Positions 25,408 through 38,612 of a stretch of 64,000 nucleotides of DNA are shown here, in pieces. Under the pieces are notes generated by a model that was given only the letters and a program-made list of their open reading frames with translations, did no database searches and was not told where the DNA came from. Source of the DNA: Octopus bimaculoides (lineage: Eukaryota); NCBI RefSeq assembly GCF_001194135.2, contig NC_069001.1:25900762-25964761 (forward strand), in the 5' to 3' direction. The translations under genes were made by a program, and so were the position numbers. Each line of letters starts with the position of its first letter. The first letter of the stretch is position 1.

Positions 25408-25834
25408 AGAAACTGTTTGAAATTTTATTCTTTTATTCCTTTACTGGCTTCCACCAGAAGCTGAGGGCACACTGGTGTGCCCTCTTCATATATGTGTGTG
25501 TGTGTGTGTGTGTACATATATGTACAAGTGCGTGTTTTCTCACTTGCGTTTCTCCATCGTCTACTACTTGTCGAACTGCTAGTTTGTTTATGTCCCGACT
25601 CCCCATAACTTAGATGTTCGTCAAAAGCGAGCGATATTTAAAAAAAAAACTTTATACTGTGGCGGAATTGCTTCAATACACCTTTTTAAGTTCGTGTCCC
25701 ATCGTTGCTGCACTTCAATGACTGAAAAACATACAAATGAATATATACATATACAGTATATACAAGTACATGCATATATAGATACATACATACATGTATA
25801 TATACATATATACACACATATACAAAAGTGTATG

Positions 25835-25876
<42 letters not shown>

Positions 25877-25879
<3 letters not shown>

Positions 25880-26060
25880 GAATTTTACAGAAAATCAAAA
25901 ACGAAGGCAGGTGTATAAACAGCAAGCAGGTGTACTAGTTTAACGCTCGGGAAGGTGAGAAAGTCTTTTACGTTTCGAGCCTACACTCTTCAACAGAAAG
26001 AAACACGAGGAAATAAGTAGAGAGAGTATAAAAAAATAAAGACTTTTGGAGCTAGCGGCC
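25877..26060 (-). mobile_element. PLE-type terminal repeat remnant carrying a hammerhead-like motif
   Basis: Homologue of 3015-3222; abuts (TA)n. Confidence 0.6.
25964..26001 (-). ncRNA. Minimal type-I hammerhead-like motif with variant core CUGUUGA
   Basis: UCUUU-CUGUUGA-A-GAGU-GUAG-GCUC-GAAA-CG-UA-AAAGA: 5-bp stem I, 4-bp stem II, loopless stem III. A6 is replaced by U. Confidence 0.5.
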
Positions 26061-27745
26061 GAGAGAGAAAGGGAGGGAGATTATCTATTAAAAAGTACTC
26101 AAGTCTTTCTATTCATTTCGAATTCATACGTTAAGCATTATGTGATCAATCTACCTGCTGGAAGTAGTTACTGAATTTACTTTAGATTTAACTCTACTGC
26201 ATGAAATCAGTGAAGAGACATAATAGGTAATGTAGTCCTGCATACCTTAAAAACCGGAATGATCACAGTTGCAGTGCCTTTGATCACAAAACCGCCCGAA
26301 AATAATTGATCCCATGGTCATATAGCACTAACAACCACCGAGATATCCTTTAAAATTCACAGTACGTCCCCTGATGCATTGAGAGTCTTTCAAACGGATG
26401 CCATCTTAGATACAGCCTGAAAACAAATAATAAATTTGAACGGAATGAAACTTCAACAAATTAACTACGCCAACTGCAAGAGTTTTCAGATAATCGATAA
26501 AAAACAAATTAACTTGCAGCAGTCTATTGAAGATCTGTGGAGAAGAATGAAAAGAATAACTGTTAATAAAATTCGTTAAATAATATAAAAATGCTGTGCC
26601 TTCTGGGGCCCTGGATGTTGATTTTCTTTGTGGGTCTCTTTAAAGATGTTTCAATGTGATGCCGCTATAAATGTGTGTGTGTGTGTGTGTAATCCTCTTT
26701 GCCTGTCGATAATCCAGAAAGTAGTGTGATGTTTTATTGATTGTTTAAGTTTCTAGTGTTCATAATTTTACGACTAATACATAAGAATGTTTCTCTCAGG
26801 AAGAAGTGTAAAACAACTCTCCTAAAGAACTCTACATCAATAAACATAAACACACGGCCACACACGCTTTCTCTAACAGTATCTGTGTGTCTGTTTGTGT
26901 TTGTCTCTCGCTCCCTCCCTCCCCCTCTCTCTCTCACGTTAATACACAGACGTTTATCTACAACATTTTTTCTATGTTGGTTAAGAAAGTTCCTTACTAC
27001 TCTGGAATATTTCCTTAGCGATTACTTGGTCATGAAGCACAGTATGAGTGTCGACTATTCATGGAGATTATACNNNNNNNNNNNNNNNNNNNNNNNNNNN
27101 NNNNNNNNNNNNNNNNNNNNNNNNNNNNNNNNNNNNNNNNNNNNNNNNNNNNNNNNNNNNNNNNNNNNNNNNNNNNNNNNNNNNNNNNNNNNNNNNNNNN
27201 NNNNNNNNNNNNNNNNNNNNNNNNNNNNNNNNNNNNNNNNNNNNNNNNNNNNNNNNNNNNNNNNNNNNNNNNNNNNNNNNNNNNNNNNNNNNNNNNNNNN
27301 NNNNNNNNNNNNNNNNNNNNNNNNNNNNNNNNNNNNGTTTGGTTTATGCTTTTCCCTCCGGTTTTTTGTTCTATGTGTGCTATAAATATCGCCATTCGTT
27401 TAGCGAAAAATTTGTAGTTTAGAATCAGTAGTTCTTTGACTGCTATTTCTAAATTTTCAGTATGTTGGAGAAGCAACTCAATGCTAATCCCTGTATATTT
27501 ATGATTATATATATATATATAGATAGATAGATAGACAGACAGATATGATGGCGCGATACTGCGTAATGTCATCTGGTTGATAATTAGGGACCTCCTATGT
27601 TTGTTGTCCCTCCGTTGGTGCATTTAATATACGTTTTTCTGCTCATCTGAGCACTTATACGTTTCTTCAACTTGCTATTCTTTGTCCGCTAACCGCTTGT
27701 GCATTTACTATACAAATTTTGACCTATGTGTCTGTGTATGTGAAC

Positions 27746-28092
27746 GCACATGACTGAGCGGTTAGAGCTTAGGATCGTGGGGTTGTGAGTTCGATTCCTG
27801 GGCCGGGCTGCATGTTGTGATGTGGAGGTAGGCGCTTTATTTCACATTGCTCTAGTTCACTGAGCTGTAGAAATGAGTTGCGACGTCACTGGTGCCAGGC
27901 TGTGTCGGCCTTTGCCTTCCCCTTAGATAACATCAGTGGCGTGGACGGGGGAGTTTGGTATGCATGGACAACTGCTGGTCTTCCATAAAAAGAAACATAA
28001 CTTGTGCGTTTCCTGGTGAGGCGATTTTCTGACCAGATTTGTACACCGGAGGGGAACCTCTTAGGGGCACCCATGATAATTCGTGACCGACA
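27746..28092 (+). mobile_element. tRNA-derived SINE, third family (V/Meta-like core)
   Basis: A-box-like TGACTGAGCGG, B box GAGTTCGATTCC, then CTTTATTTCACATTGCTCTAGTTCACTGAGCTGTAGAAATGAG. A more degenerate relative lies at ~52130-52270. Confidence 0.75.
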
Positions 28093-28101
28093 AAGTCAAG
28101 T

Positions 28102-28172
<71 letters not shown>

Positions 28173-28458
28173 AAATTATAAATCGACATTTAAGCAAGTA
28201 GCAATTTGACCACTTGGTTTTGTGAGTAAATGCCTCGGTGATAATCTGGATTAGCTAGGGTTCTCAGGAAAAGAAATCAAACAACTAACTTGCACATTAC
28301 TAATAAAATCTGTAATTAGAACAGTAAAAAAAAAACAACAACGGAAGAGAACGTACATACACGTATCCATATCCCTCCAGCAGCCTCACTTACATACATA
28401 CATAAATATGTGTGTGTGTATGCGCTTGTGTGAGTATATAACTATATATTTATATCCA

Positions 28459-28501
<43 letters not shown>

Positions 28502-29611
28502 AGACAGTTAGATGATGCATAAAAGGGACAACAAAACATTCAGACAGACGATACAAAGAAAACGAAGACAGATCATTCGGAGTTTCCTTTCCTCAGTCGA
28601 GTTCCAGATTATCTTTGCAATTTCATCTGGTTATACTCGAGATTTCTCATACATGCACACATCTACGTACACACACAATTGTACACACGTGCGCACACAC
28701 ACACACACACATGATTCTTAACCTAGGGAGATGTAAGACGTATTGGCAGGGGAAAGTGAAAGGAATAGGGTGGAACAAAAGCATGAGGAATGAAAAGAAA
28801 GATGAAGCAGAGAAGAGACAGAATAGAAATGAAAGAAGAGGAATATTTAGAGAGACGTATGTAGACTAAGCAGCTGTTGGACGAATTAAATAGTCCTAGA
28901 GAGATGGACTAAATTAAAAAGATGAAATAATAAAATGTAAAGCAAGATAAGATAAAATAACCAAAAGTACAAAGTATGATAAAATGAGCAGAAATGTAAA
29001 TGTAGTTGAACGAGAGACGTTTTTGTCGTATTGTCACTTGTTGAAAAGGAATTTGTTGGAAAAGATTTTCGAGATTCAATATAGAAATAGCTAAGTAAAA
29101 GAATATTGCTGTATGTAACTTTACGTAGGTAAAAATTAAGGAAAATAGATAATTGAAGACCATAATTGTACGATCTTAAGTAACACAACTCACTTGTTTT
29201 GGGAAATGGTTTTCTTTGTTAATTAGGAACATTAGATCAAATTGAGGACACTGACCAGGAATTTAAAGATGAATTTTTGATGATAGTAGTAACATTAATT
29301 GTAATAATGCTGATAATGAGCACAAGGTTGAAATTAATATGGTGTCACTATACTGGCTGAATGCAAATGTGTTCGATATATATAGTTTGGAAGAGATTGG
29401 AAAACCAATTTTAGTATTTTACTGATTCTAAAGAGAAGAATAAGAAAGCGAACTACGATTAAAGATAGTTGAAAGCCGAAAGCTGATGTACCTGAATAGG
29501 GAACTCAGACTGTTTCTACAAATTATCGTTGTTTGCTTTGCAATAGCAATTGTTTCAGACATGTGATTGAAGGCATAAATCCAGAACCGGGAAACGTGCC
29601 GAATATACTGA

Positions 29612-29838
29612 TCTCAAACTTTTGGCGCCAGGCTGGCAATTTCGAGGAAACGGGTAAGTCGAATATATGATCCCAGTGTTCAACTAGTACTTGTTTTACT
29701 GACCCCCAATAGATGAAAGTTAAAATCGACATTGGTAGAATTGGCCCTCGGAACATTGCGAGGAAAGAATTGGACTTCAGAACATAGCGAGGGAAGGAGT
29801 GGCGTTAAGAATTTTGCTTGGCGCGCTAACGATTCGAT
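29612..29838 (-). mobile_element. Nin/Deu-domain SINE, degenerate
   Basis: The reverse complement has GAATCGTTAGCGCGCC, TTCATCTATTGGGGGTCAGTAAAACAAGTACTAG and a GGCGCCAAAAGTTTGAGA tail. Confidence 0.7.
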
Positions 29839-31356
29839 ACCTTACTAACTGATTCTATTAAGCCAAATACCTACGTAACCGAAATCACGAAAGACTGAAT
29901 TGCTTGTTTAATATATGCGAATTGAAAGAGAGCAGCCGGATATTTTAACTGAATATTTTAGCCAGCAAAATATTTTGTTAACCATTTAGTACTCAGACTG
30001 ATGAAATGCTTATTTATTCATTGTTTTAAAGTAGTCATACATTATCTCGTAGCTTTGAAATTTCGACGTTGTATTTCTTTATATTCAGTTTGACATTGTA
30101 GGTAAGTTTGAGAGGCTGAATCTTAGCAGTTTCGACATGAAAAGACTATTTGGACCTGATATGGCCCATTTAAATGCTAATAGTTTAAACTACTGACTAC
30201 TATAATACTGACGATTTTGTGATGCAGTAGAGGTATCGCATAGAAAATTGGAGTCCCTTACTAAGCAGAACTAGTGGGATTGAACGAGCATCCGTTGAGT
30301 TCTGTGTAGATTCCTATACTATTGATTTATAAAACAGATGCATTATTTCAGCCGTGAGATGGGATACTATTGAATAAAAGACACAATGCTTTAAACGATC
30401 GCTCTCACAAAGACCAAAGGCGTCTGAAGGACCAAGTGTGAGAATTCAACAAATCGTAACTAAATAGTAACTGGCTGATATTTTGCATAAGTCTGTAATG
30501 ATACCTGTGATCCAGTCTCGTTACATTCTCATAGAGAAATTCTTCGATTTTCGGAAGGAAACGTAGAAAAATTCAATGACAGAATGTTTTGAACCAAGTA
30601 TGGTGAGATAAGAAACAGCGAAAAAAGCTGTAAAACAGAATTTTCCTACTCGCTGCTGATTTTAACATAAAAGTAACCAACACAATCAACATCATCACAC
30701 GCTGAACAGAAAATATAAAAAGAAAATAGTATAAAATGAAATATGAAGGTGGGCGAAATCGAATATATCAATCAATGGCTAATAGATTTCATGATGTGTT
30801 TTTTCCTAAAAAGGAAATAAAAAAAAAACAATAATAATCAGTGACAAAGTAAAGAGAAGCAAAACAGCAAAATAATAAAAACGTGTATACGTAAACGGTG
30901 ATTTTATTGACTGCAATGTGAATTTTCCGTTTTCCTGACGTGTGATGCAGCCTCATGTGTACAACTCTACACACAGCAAACTACACATACGACAATCTGC
31001 AACAGTACAACAGCAGTCATTTTGGTCAATTATTGACAGATTAGTAGCAACTCTAAGAAACATGATATGCATTAAGGAAGTATAGTTTCACCTTAACTGC
31101 AAAATAGCATCGAATAACAATTTTCTCGTCTTGCACGCAAACATGGGGAAATGAAATTTGCAAATAAATAAGAGATACATACATACCTCCGTACATACAT
31201 ATACACGCGCACGCACACAAAGTACACAAACATACGGACACAAACGCACGCGCACACACATATAAGCATATATATATATATATATACACATGTATGCACA
31301 CACACAAATGTATGCACATATATACATATGCATATCTCTCCCTCTTTTCACACACA

Positions 31357-31412
<56 letters not shown>

Positions 31413-31546
31413 CATAAATACATACATAGACAAACAAACACTCACACAGACACACTTGCACACAGATATATATATGTACATGTATGCAGATATATAATAT
31501 ATACCTAAAGTGTGGTGAAGGGGAGAATTACGGCGGATTGAGATAG

Positions 31547-31594
<48 letters not shown>

Positions 31595-31609
31595 TATTAT
31601 TATTGAGTG

Positions 31610-32060
31610 AGAGAGCAGTGTATGTCATCAAATTGACACTGGGGTAAAATATACGAGACCCAGTATATTCAACATGAATCACTAGCTTATGAGATTACAC
31701 CAGGCAGGTGCATCACAATCAGATGTGCACGATATGGTGATCTCAAATCAAGTTAAACAGCGCATGACCTTGCAGGTGGGGCCTAGTTAGCACTTTTTTC
31801 GGGTTGAGTCGCCCATCCTGCTTGAAAGGTCCCTGAATAAGGGTTGTTTAAAGACGATGAACGAAATACATATATTTCCAGAGGTGAATTATCGAAACGC
31901 CAAAGAATTTCTCGACACATGGCTATGATGTTCCACCACCCGCATTTTCTGCTGCTGATCAGAGATGCACATATCGTCAGCCACTATGAGACATGCTCAA
32001 CTCGTTAAGGTCAAACTACTGACAACCAAGATGTGGTACTGAGCAGAATATTTACTGTAG
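31610..32060. repeat. Unclassified interspersed repeat, ~450 bp
   Basis: Complex-sequence block with about balanced base composition between a (TA)n/(ATT)n tract and a (CTT)n tail. It resembles an abundant octopus repeat from memory only; no second copy in this window. Confidence 0.4.
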
Positions 32061-32062
32061 AA

Positions 32063-32345
32063 CTTCTTCTTCTTCTTCTTCTTCTTCTATATGGGTCCTC
32101 GTATATTGCAGCAGATATTAATCACTATATGCATATCAAAGCCTACCTACACTTGATAGTATATTTTGTGCTCCCTGCATGAATTGTAATCCAGAGATCC
32201 TTCTCAACTAATTTTTAGTTCTTTTAGTGTTCGTTTCAAGTGCTCCCACAATCACTGGTATTGTAACCGTCTTCAGATGCTATATTTTCTTCAACTACTG
32301 TCGTCTTCTCCCCACAGTTCTCTTTTGGGTTTGGTTTCCACTGGG
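32063..32345 (-). mobile_element. R4/Dong-type REL non-LTR retrotransposon 3' fragment with an (AAG)n tail
   Basis: Minus translation HLKTVTIPVIVGALE matches the C-terminal REL motif seen in the other copies; forward (CTT)n at 32063-32088 marks the tail. Confidence 0.65.
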
Positions 32346-32999
32346 GCAGTGACGTTAGTAGAAGGGCCTTTCTGTTCAGAGGTAACTTTTCCGACGTTCA
32401 ACCTCTCTTGTTGTATGTTATTTTGTTTTCGTATCTTAAGCACTTCAAGCCCATAGATAGAAATTCTCCTTTATTTGTTTTCGAAGTTTTATATCCGAGC
32501 ATATCTGTTTTTCTCTGTTTAAAACAAGACGTGTTACATTTTATATTTATTGTTATTATTATGTCTCTTTTAATCTGATTAGACACTGTGTGCTCTACGT
32601 TGTCTTGTTTATATACGAGGTTTACAGGTGCATGTGTGAATTTTATAAACATTACATTTGAGTGTATTTGTGTAGAGATGAGATTGCGTATACGATTATT
32701 ATTTTTACGTGCTTTGTTTTTCTGTAGCGACATCACATTCTCGCGTATTGCTTCAATACATGTATAGGCAAGTTGCACCCCCGCATGTTGTTTATATTAT
32801 CTACTGCTTTTTTTTTCTGCGACAATATGCCTGACAGCACCTATATTTCATGTATGAGAGAATAATTTCGGTATCATGATCTAATTTACATTAGGCAACA
32901 ATTTTCTTTCATATTTTTGCTGTTTTGTAAATCCTATTTGCCGATGATCACAGATGTAATCCAAATTCACAAGGAGCAGCTCGCTCGTACACCTGATAC

Positions 33000-35900
33000 T
33001 CTTGCTTTGTATTTGTACATGTTTACTCCATGTGTCACCTAGAGACCTCAAGAGACAGCAGGCTAGAAGTTCATGTTGGTGTTATGCCTACGTTGTCTTA
33101 TCTGGTTTTGCACATAGTTTTGTTCTAGAAAATGTTTAAGAAAACATGTTTGTTTTAAAATTTGAGATTACATAGACAGTATTTTACGTACGATATGGGC
33201 AGAATTTATGAGAACTATCTTTTGAATTTCTGCTATTCTAGGGATTCCTGGTATCCGAGCTAGATAGGAATCAGTCCCTTTTCCTATCATTTCTAGGGCA
33301 TCTATGGCAACAGGTATTATTTCAGTCTTGAGGTTCCACGATATGCTAATTTCTATTTCAAGATCTTTATGCTTGCTCAGTTTTTGGTAGGTCTTGACAG
33401 ATGCATTTAGGTTGACGGGGGCAGTCATATCAATGAGAATGCATGATGTTTGTCTAAAGTCCTTCAATATAATGTCTGGCCTATTCGCATCTATCTTTCT
33501 GTCAGTCTGAACGGTGAAGTTCCAGAGGACTGAGATGTAATCAATTTCAAGCACTGGAGGTGGTTTGTGTTCCCACCTATTTTTATCATAGGGCAGGTCA
33601 ATGTTTTTGCAAATACCCAGTGAAGAGAGTGTGCTGCTATATCATACCTGTTGAGATATTCTGTAGGCGTAAGAAGACTGCACATGGAGACAACATGATC
33701 AATGGCTTCATTTTGTTGTTTACATACACGGTAGTTGCAGTTCTTTAACATGTTGGCCTGGCAGACCATTGTAGGTAGGCATTGATCTTGGGCTGTTATG
33801 ATAAACCCTTCTGTTTCTGATTTTAAGCCAGCAGAACATTGATGTGTAAGGGCTTTATCAATATCGGCAGTATTAGGTCTGTTTGAGTATTTGCCATTGA
33901 GAGATTTTTCTTACTATTTATCAGTAAGTATATCTAGCACGTGTTTTCATACGCATAGCGTTTTCTGTGCTTCTATCCAGTACGTCTAATTCTAGGATTG
34001 TTATGTTTGGAATTCACTTAGGTATTCCTTTGCCTGTTTTGTTACTGAGTATGATGCTTTGCTGTTTTCAGGTTTTAAGACAAGTTTTAACATCCGGTCG
34101 TCAGATATTTTCAGGTAGGTGTTTGGGCCAATTGTGATAATCTTTATTGTTAATTCCAGCCGTAAATGTCCACGACCCCCCTCTTTTTTGGTAGGCAAAG
34201 TCGTTCTATATCTGCCTTAGGGTGGTGCATTCTCTTCATTGTCAACATGTTTCGTATTTTTCTGTCAAGATTACATATTTCAGTAATTGATCAGTTAAAG
34301 ATATTCAAACTGTAAGTCACAAACGGTATGGTTAAAGTATTGATCGCTTCTATCCTGTGTCTTGCATTCAGCTATCTCGTGAGGATTGCCGTAACCCTGC
34401 GATAACATTCTCCTGTAATCCTTTCCGACATCATACACTGCTTGACTCCGTCACCTTCAAATAACCCTAGGTATTTGTAGCTCTCCGCTGGTTCTGACTC
34501 CTTTATGACATTCTGCTGGACAAGATTAACGTTGGATGTTTCAGTCATTTTACTTGATAAAGGTAGCTTTTGTACATTTATCGAGGACAAATTGCATCCT
34601 GGTGTTAACACTGAATTGTTTAACAATCGCTAGTAAGCCATGTAGTTTTTGGTAATTTTTTGCTAGGAGCTTTAAATCATTCATGCAAAGGAGATGATTT
34701 ATATTTTTTATCGAGTATTTTATAGCCATATTGTGCATCATCGAGCAATTTCGAGTGAAGTATTAAAACTAGACAAAAAAGGAGTAGTGGGAGAGAGTCA
34801 CCCTGCAAAATGCCACATGAAATTCTTATACCCCCAGCATTGAGAGATTCATTATCACTCTTCCATGTCAGTGTGGTTCTCCATGTTTTCATATTTACAA
34901 ATAAGAAGTTTCGCAGAGTATGTGCTATTTTATACATTTCCTGACATTTCTTAATCCAGCAATGTAGTAGACTATCAAAAGCTTTTTTTATAATTTATCC
35001 AAGCGATCGACACGTTTTTGTGTCGTTTGTGACAATCTTCCAACTTAATCTTATTGATGAGCAGTTCATATTTACAACCTCAGGACCCACTTTTACATCC
35101 GTTTTGATCATTAGGGAATATGTCATTTTTCTATTAAAAGACTATCGGTATATTCCGTCAAGACAGATGTTAGTATTCTATACATTGTTGTTAAGCAGGT
35201 TATGGGGCTATAATTTTTTGGTTCATCTGTTTCTTCATTTAAAAATTTTTTTGGGGTAACTAGGAATGGAACACCATTAACTAACCAAGTGGAAATCATG
35301 CTAGGTTGTTGCAAAATATTTTTGTAAAGTTTTGTTAGCAGTTCATGGCTCTCTGGAAAAGCATTCAACCAGATGTTAGGAATTTTATCCTTTCCTGGAA
35401 ACTTCCCTCTGCTTGATTTCCTGAGGGCAGATCTTACATTCTCTACCTTGATACCCTCCCACTTTTGCTCTTCTAAGGAGTCTAAGTCTGTAGATATTGT
35501 ATCAATCCAAGGGGCGTTTTCATTGTGTTTTTTCTTCTGCCCAAATTTTATTCCAAAATTCCTGAACTTCTTTTGATGGGACAAACTTCACTGTAACTGG
35601 TATTTTTTCCTATCTTCCTCTAAACATTTTGGGGTTATTTTTTTAACATGTTGCCCTTGAAGAATCTAATGCGCTTTTCATACCGTTCTGTGCGGGCAAC
35701 TTTAGTTCATACCTTTTACTCGATAGTGTCTATGGTGGCATCAATGTCAAATATGGTTTTCAAATTATATTATTTCTCTAATTTTCTGATTTTTGTCAAA
35801 CTTAAGGGTTATAAACATTCTATGTCAGACATAAGTAGCTGAAGTTGGTGTTGAATACGCTCTTGCCAAATAAGGGTTTTGTGGGAATGTCGTTTTCTAA

Positions 35901-36870
35901 TCTTCTCACCACATATAATCGTAGTGATTTTCGCAGATGCGTAGTACACGTGGTTGAGATTTGTAATATCAACATCATTAGCTGAAATTATACCCTCAAC
36001 TGCAAAGCGGATTTTACCAATTACTTTCAGGTTTGGGTTAGAATTGCGAATTTTGGAGAGTGTCACGTTCATTCATACTGGTTTCTTTAATTTTCAGCTA
36101 TTCAATCATGATTTGATTTTTTAGATCATGTAGTTCAGCTGGGCCAATTTCTCTGTGACTTTCTTCATCTATTTGATTTTCTTCTGCCATAGTGTTTATG
36201 GTTGACTGAGAGAACATTTCACTTTGCTTATCATTTTTCAAACATTACTGCATTTTCTTCAGACCTGGGCTGGTCTTTAATTATTTCCTGTGGTGTATCT
36301 TCTTTAACTGCATCTTCGTTCCATTTATCCCTTACTGATTGCTTAATTTGGTTAATCTCTAATTCAGTTAGTAATTTATTTTTCATAATGTTTGATCTGA
36401 TGTTTGTTATTGTCTGTCTAGGTTCTTACTTCAAGGTGTTTCTCTCCAGTTAAAGTAGGTTTGTACACCATAAACTTTCTTTGTGGGAAAATACATGGCA
36501 TGACAGAAGGCCTTAAGAACATATTTATTATCTCCCCTAAATTATTTTTCAAATTTTCTTTTTTTTTTCTTCTTTTTTTCATGACAATCATGGATGGACA
36601 TCTGTTGGAATATTCCGGCTGTGAGTTACTTCCAGCTCTTGAGTTTCAGAAAAATGTGAACCAGTAGCTGATTTTTCATTTCCATTCTGTTAATAGCATA
36701 CTCGATTCATTGGTCCAATGTATTCCGGGACATCGATGTTTCGACTCGATGTGTCTCGTCAGGAAACAATGCAACGATCTTCGCATTTCAATAATCGGTG
36801 ATGGGCTTGGGTTAACTTTCGGCGAACAGTTTGTTCGCTGATTCGTACTAGCATGCGCTTACCGTTAATA
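33000..36870 (-). mobile_element. Near full-length, decayed R4/Dong-type non-LTR retrotransposon (single ORF: RT, CCHC, REL endonuclease)
   Basis: Ordered motifs on the minus strand: NIRSNIMKNKLLTELEI; FPGKDKIPNIWL; NYSPITCLTTMYRILTS; WINYKKAFDSL; GILQGDSLPLLLFC; INHLLCMNDLKL; YKYLG; CKQQNEAIDHVVSMC; ANRPDII..D......IDM; ending HIVRKILSM* at 33168. Confidence 0.93.
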
Positions 36871-37841
36871 ATCCGTTATTTACACAGCGAACAACGAAAT
36901 GTGAAACGACCACTAGAACATTTACTTTCGATTCGGCCGCAGGTATACACATATATAAATATGCAAACACTCTCTCTTCCTCTCTCTTTCGCTCACTATC
37001 TATCTATCTATCTAGCTAGCTAGCTAGCTAGCTATCTCTTTCTCTCTCTATCTTTCTCTTTCTATCTTTCTCTTTCTATGTTTCTCTCTGTCTTTCTCTC
37101 TCACACACATATGCACGGAGGCACACACATGCGCATACATACACGCAATTTTCTCGAGCGATACATAGATTTACTTGTACACATATGTATTTCCGTTCAT
37201 ATATTAACAAACGTACCCGCACACACATAAAAGAAGGTAGACTACTACTTTCCTTTTTTTTTCATTATATTTTAGGATATTTTAATTTTTTTGGTGAATA
37301 TATTTCGCCTGGGAAAATATTTCAGCAATATTATACTTTTTAACTCCAGTTTCTTTCACTGTTGTATAAACTATCGTTTACGATGAAAACCACCATATGA
37401 ACTATGCAAACAGCAATTATTATTACAATGGTTGCATGTGTCCTTACATGTACTATTAATCAAAACACACATCAGATAACCTAGGGTCAATAGCTGTATC
37501 AGTTACATTCCATCGTTCGCTTCATGTACGGTTTATTTAAACCATTTTCTTCCTATCGATCACAGAACGTATAGATGGACAGTGCACAAAAGCATGAAAT
37601 TTTGCTTGGATAATATATTGTCACAGTGTTCTGTTCGTTTGCTGAAGAAATCCATATTTACAAGTGTGAGCTGTCTATCAGTGCTCCAATGAGATTTTAT
37701 ATAACCTGTAACATTAGAGTGTGGTAAAATAAATTCCTTATATCAGTCTAAATTGGAAAGCTACAACTAAAGCAAACAGCGTCAAGTAAATGAAGCAAAG
37801 GTTTTATACCAGTTCCTTTGGTATTTATTTTATTTGCATTG

Positions 37842-38045
37842 TACTCTTTTACTTGTTTCAATCGCTTCACTATGGCCATGCTAGAGCACCGCCTTGTAGT
37901 CGAAGAAATAAACCCCTAGACATATTCTTTCATTTATTCTGTTTAAGTTACAGGAACGTAAATACACCAACATCGGTTGTCAAGTGATGGTGGGGAGGGA
38001 CAAACACGCACACATGAATATATCCATATAGACACACACACACAG

Positions 38046-38097
<52 letters not shown>

Positions 38098-38258
38098 CAG
38101 TCTTCATTTAGTTTCCGTCTGCCAAATCCACTCACAAGACTTTGGTCAGCTCGTGGCTATAGTAAAAGACACTTACCCAAAAGGTGCAACGCTGTGGAAT
38201 TGAACATAGAACCATGTGGTTGAGAAGCAAGCTTCTTACCGCACAGCCACGCCTGCGC
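37842..38258 (-). mobile_element. Full-length CORE-like tRNA SINE
   Basis: Collinear with 12086-12472, with a longer internal (TA)n. Confidence 0.88.
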
Positions 38259-38469
38259 TTGTTAGGTTGATGACACTTGGGATATTGCATAAAGCCTCTT
38301 CTAATGTATGTGCCCATGGAGGAGTTTTAAACGTGGTCTGACTTGATAACTAATGGAGGATATTTTCTATGGCCCATGGCTGTCTCGTCTGCGAATGAAA
38401 CCAGCTATTTGTCATTATGTCTTACAAATACTCAATGAATTACTTCCGGCTCTTTACAATTTCAGTTAA

Positions 38470-38612
38470 AATTCTTTTGACGTTGACGTTGCTTTTCATC
38501 CTTTCGGTACCAATGAAAAAATACCAGATGAGATCTGGGATCGATGTAATCGACTATCACCCTCCTGCAAGATTTCAAGCCTTGTGTCTATTGTAGAAAT
38601 GACTATTATTAT
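38470..38612 (+). mobile_element. Nin/Deu-domain SINE, central and 3' part
   Basis: GCTTTTCATCCTTTCGGTACC...ATACCAG...GATCGATGTAATCGACT...TTTCAAGCCTTGTGTCT...ATTATT. Confidence 0.75.

Noticed and set aside
32398-32778. 126-aa minus-strand ORF between two REL elements
   Set aside because: No recognisable motif; I could not link it to either element or to a host gene.
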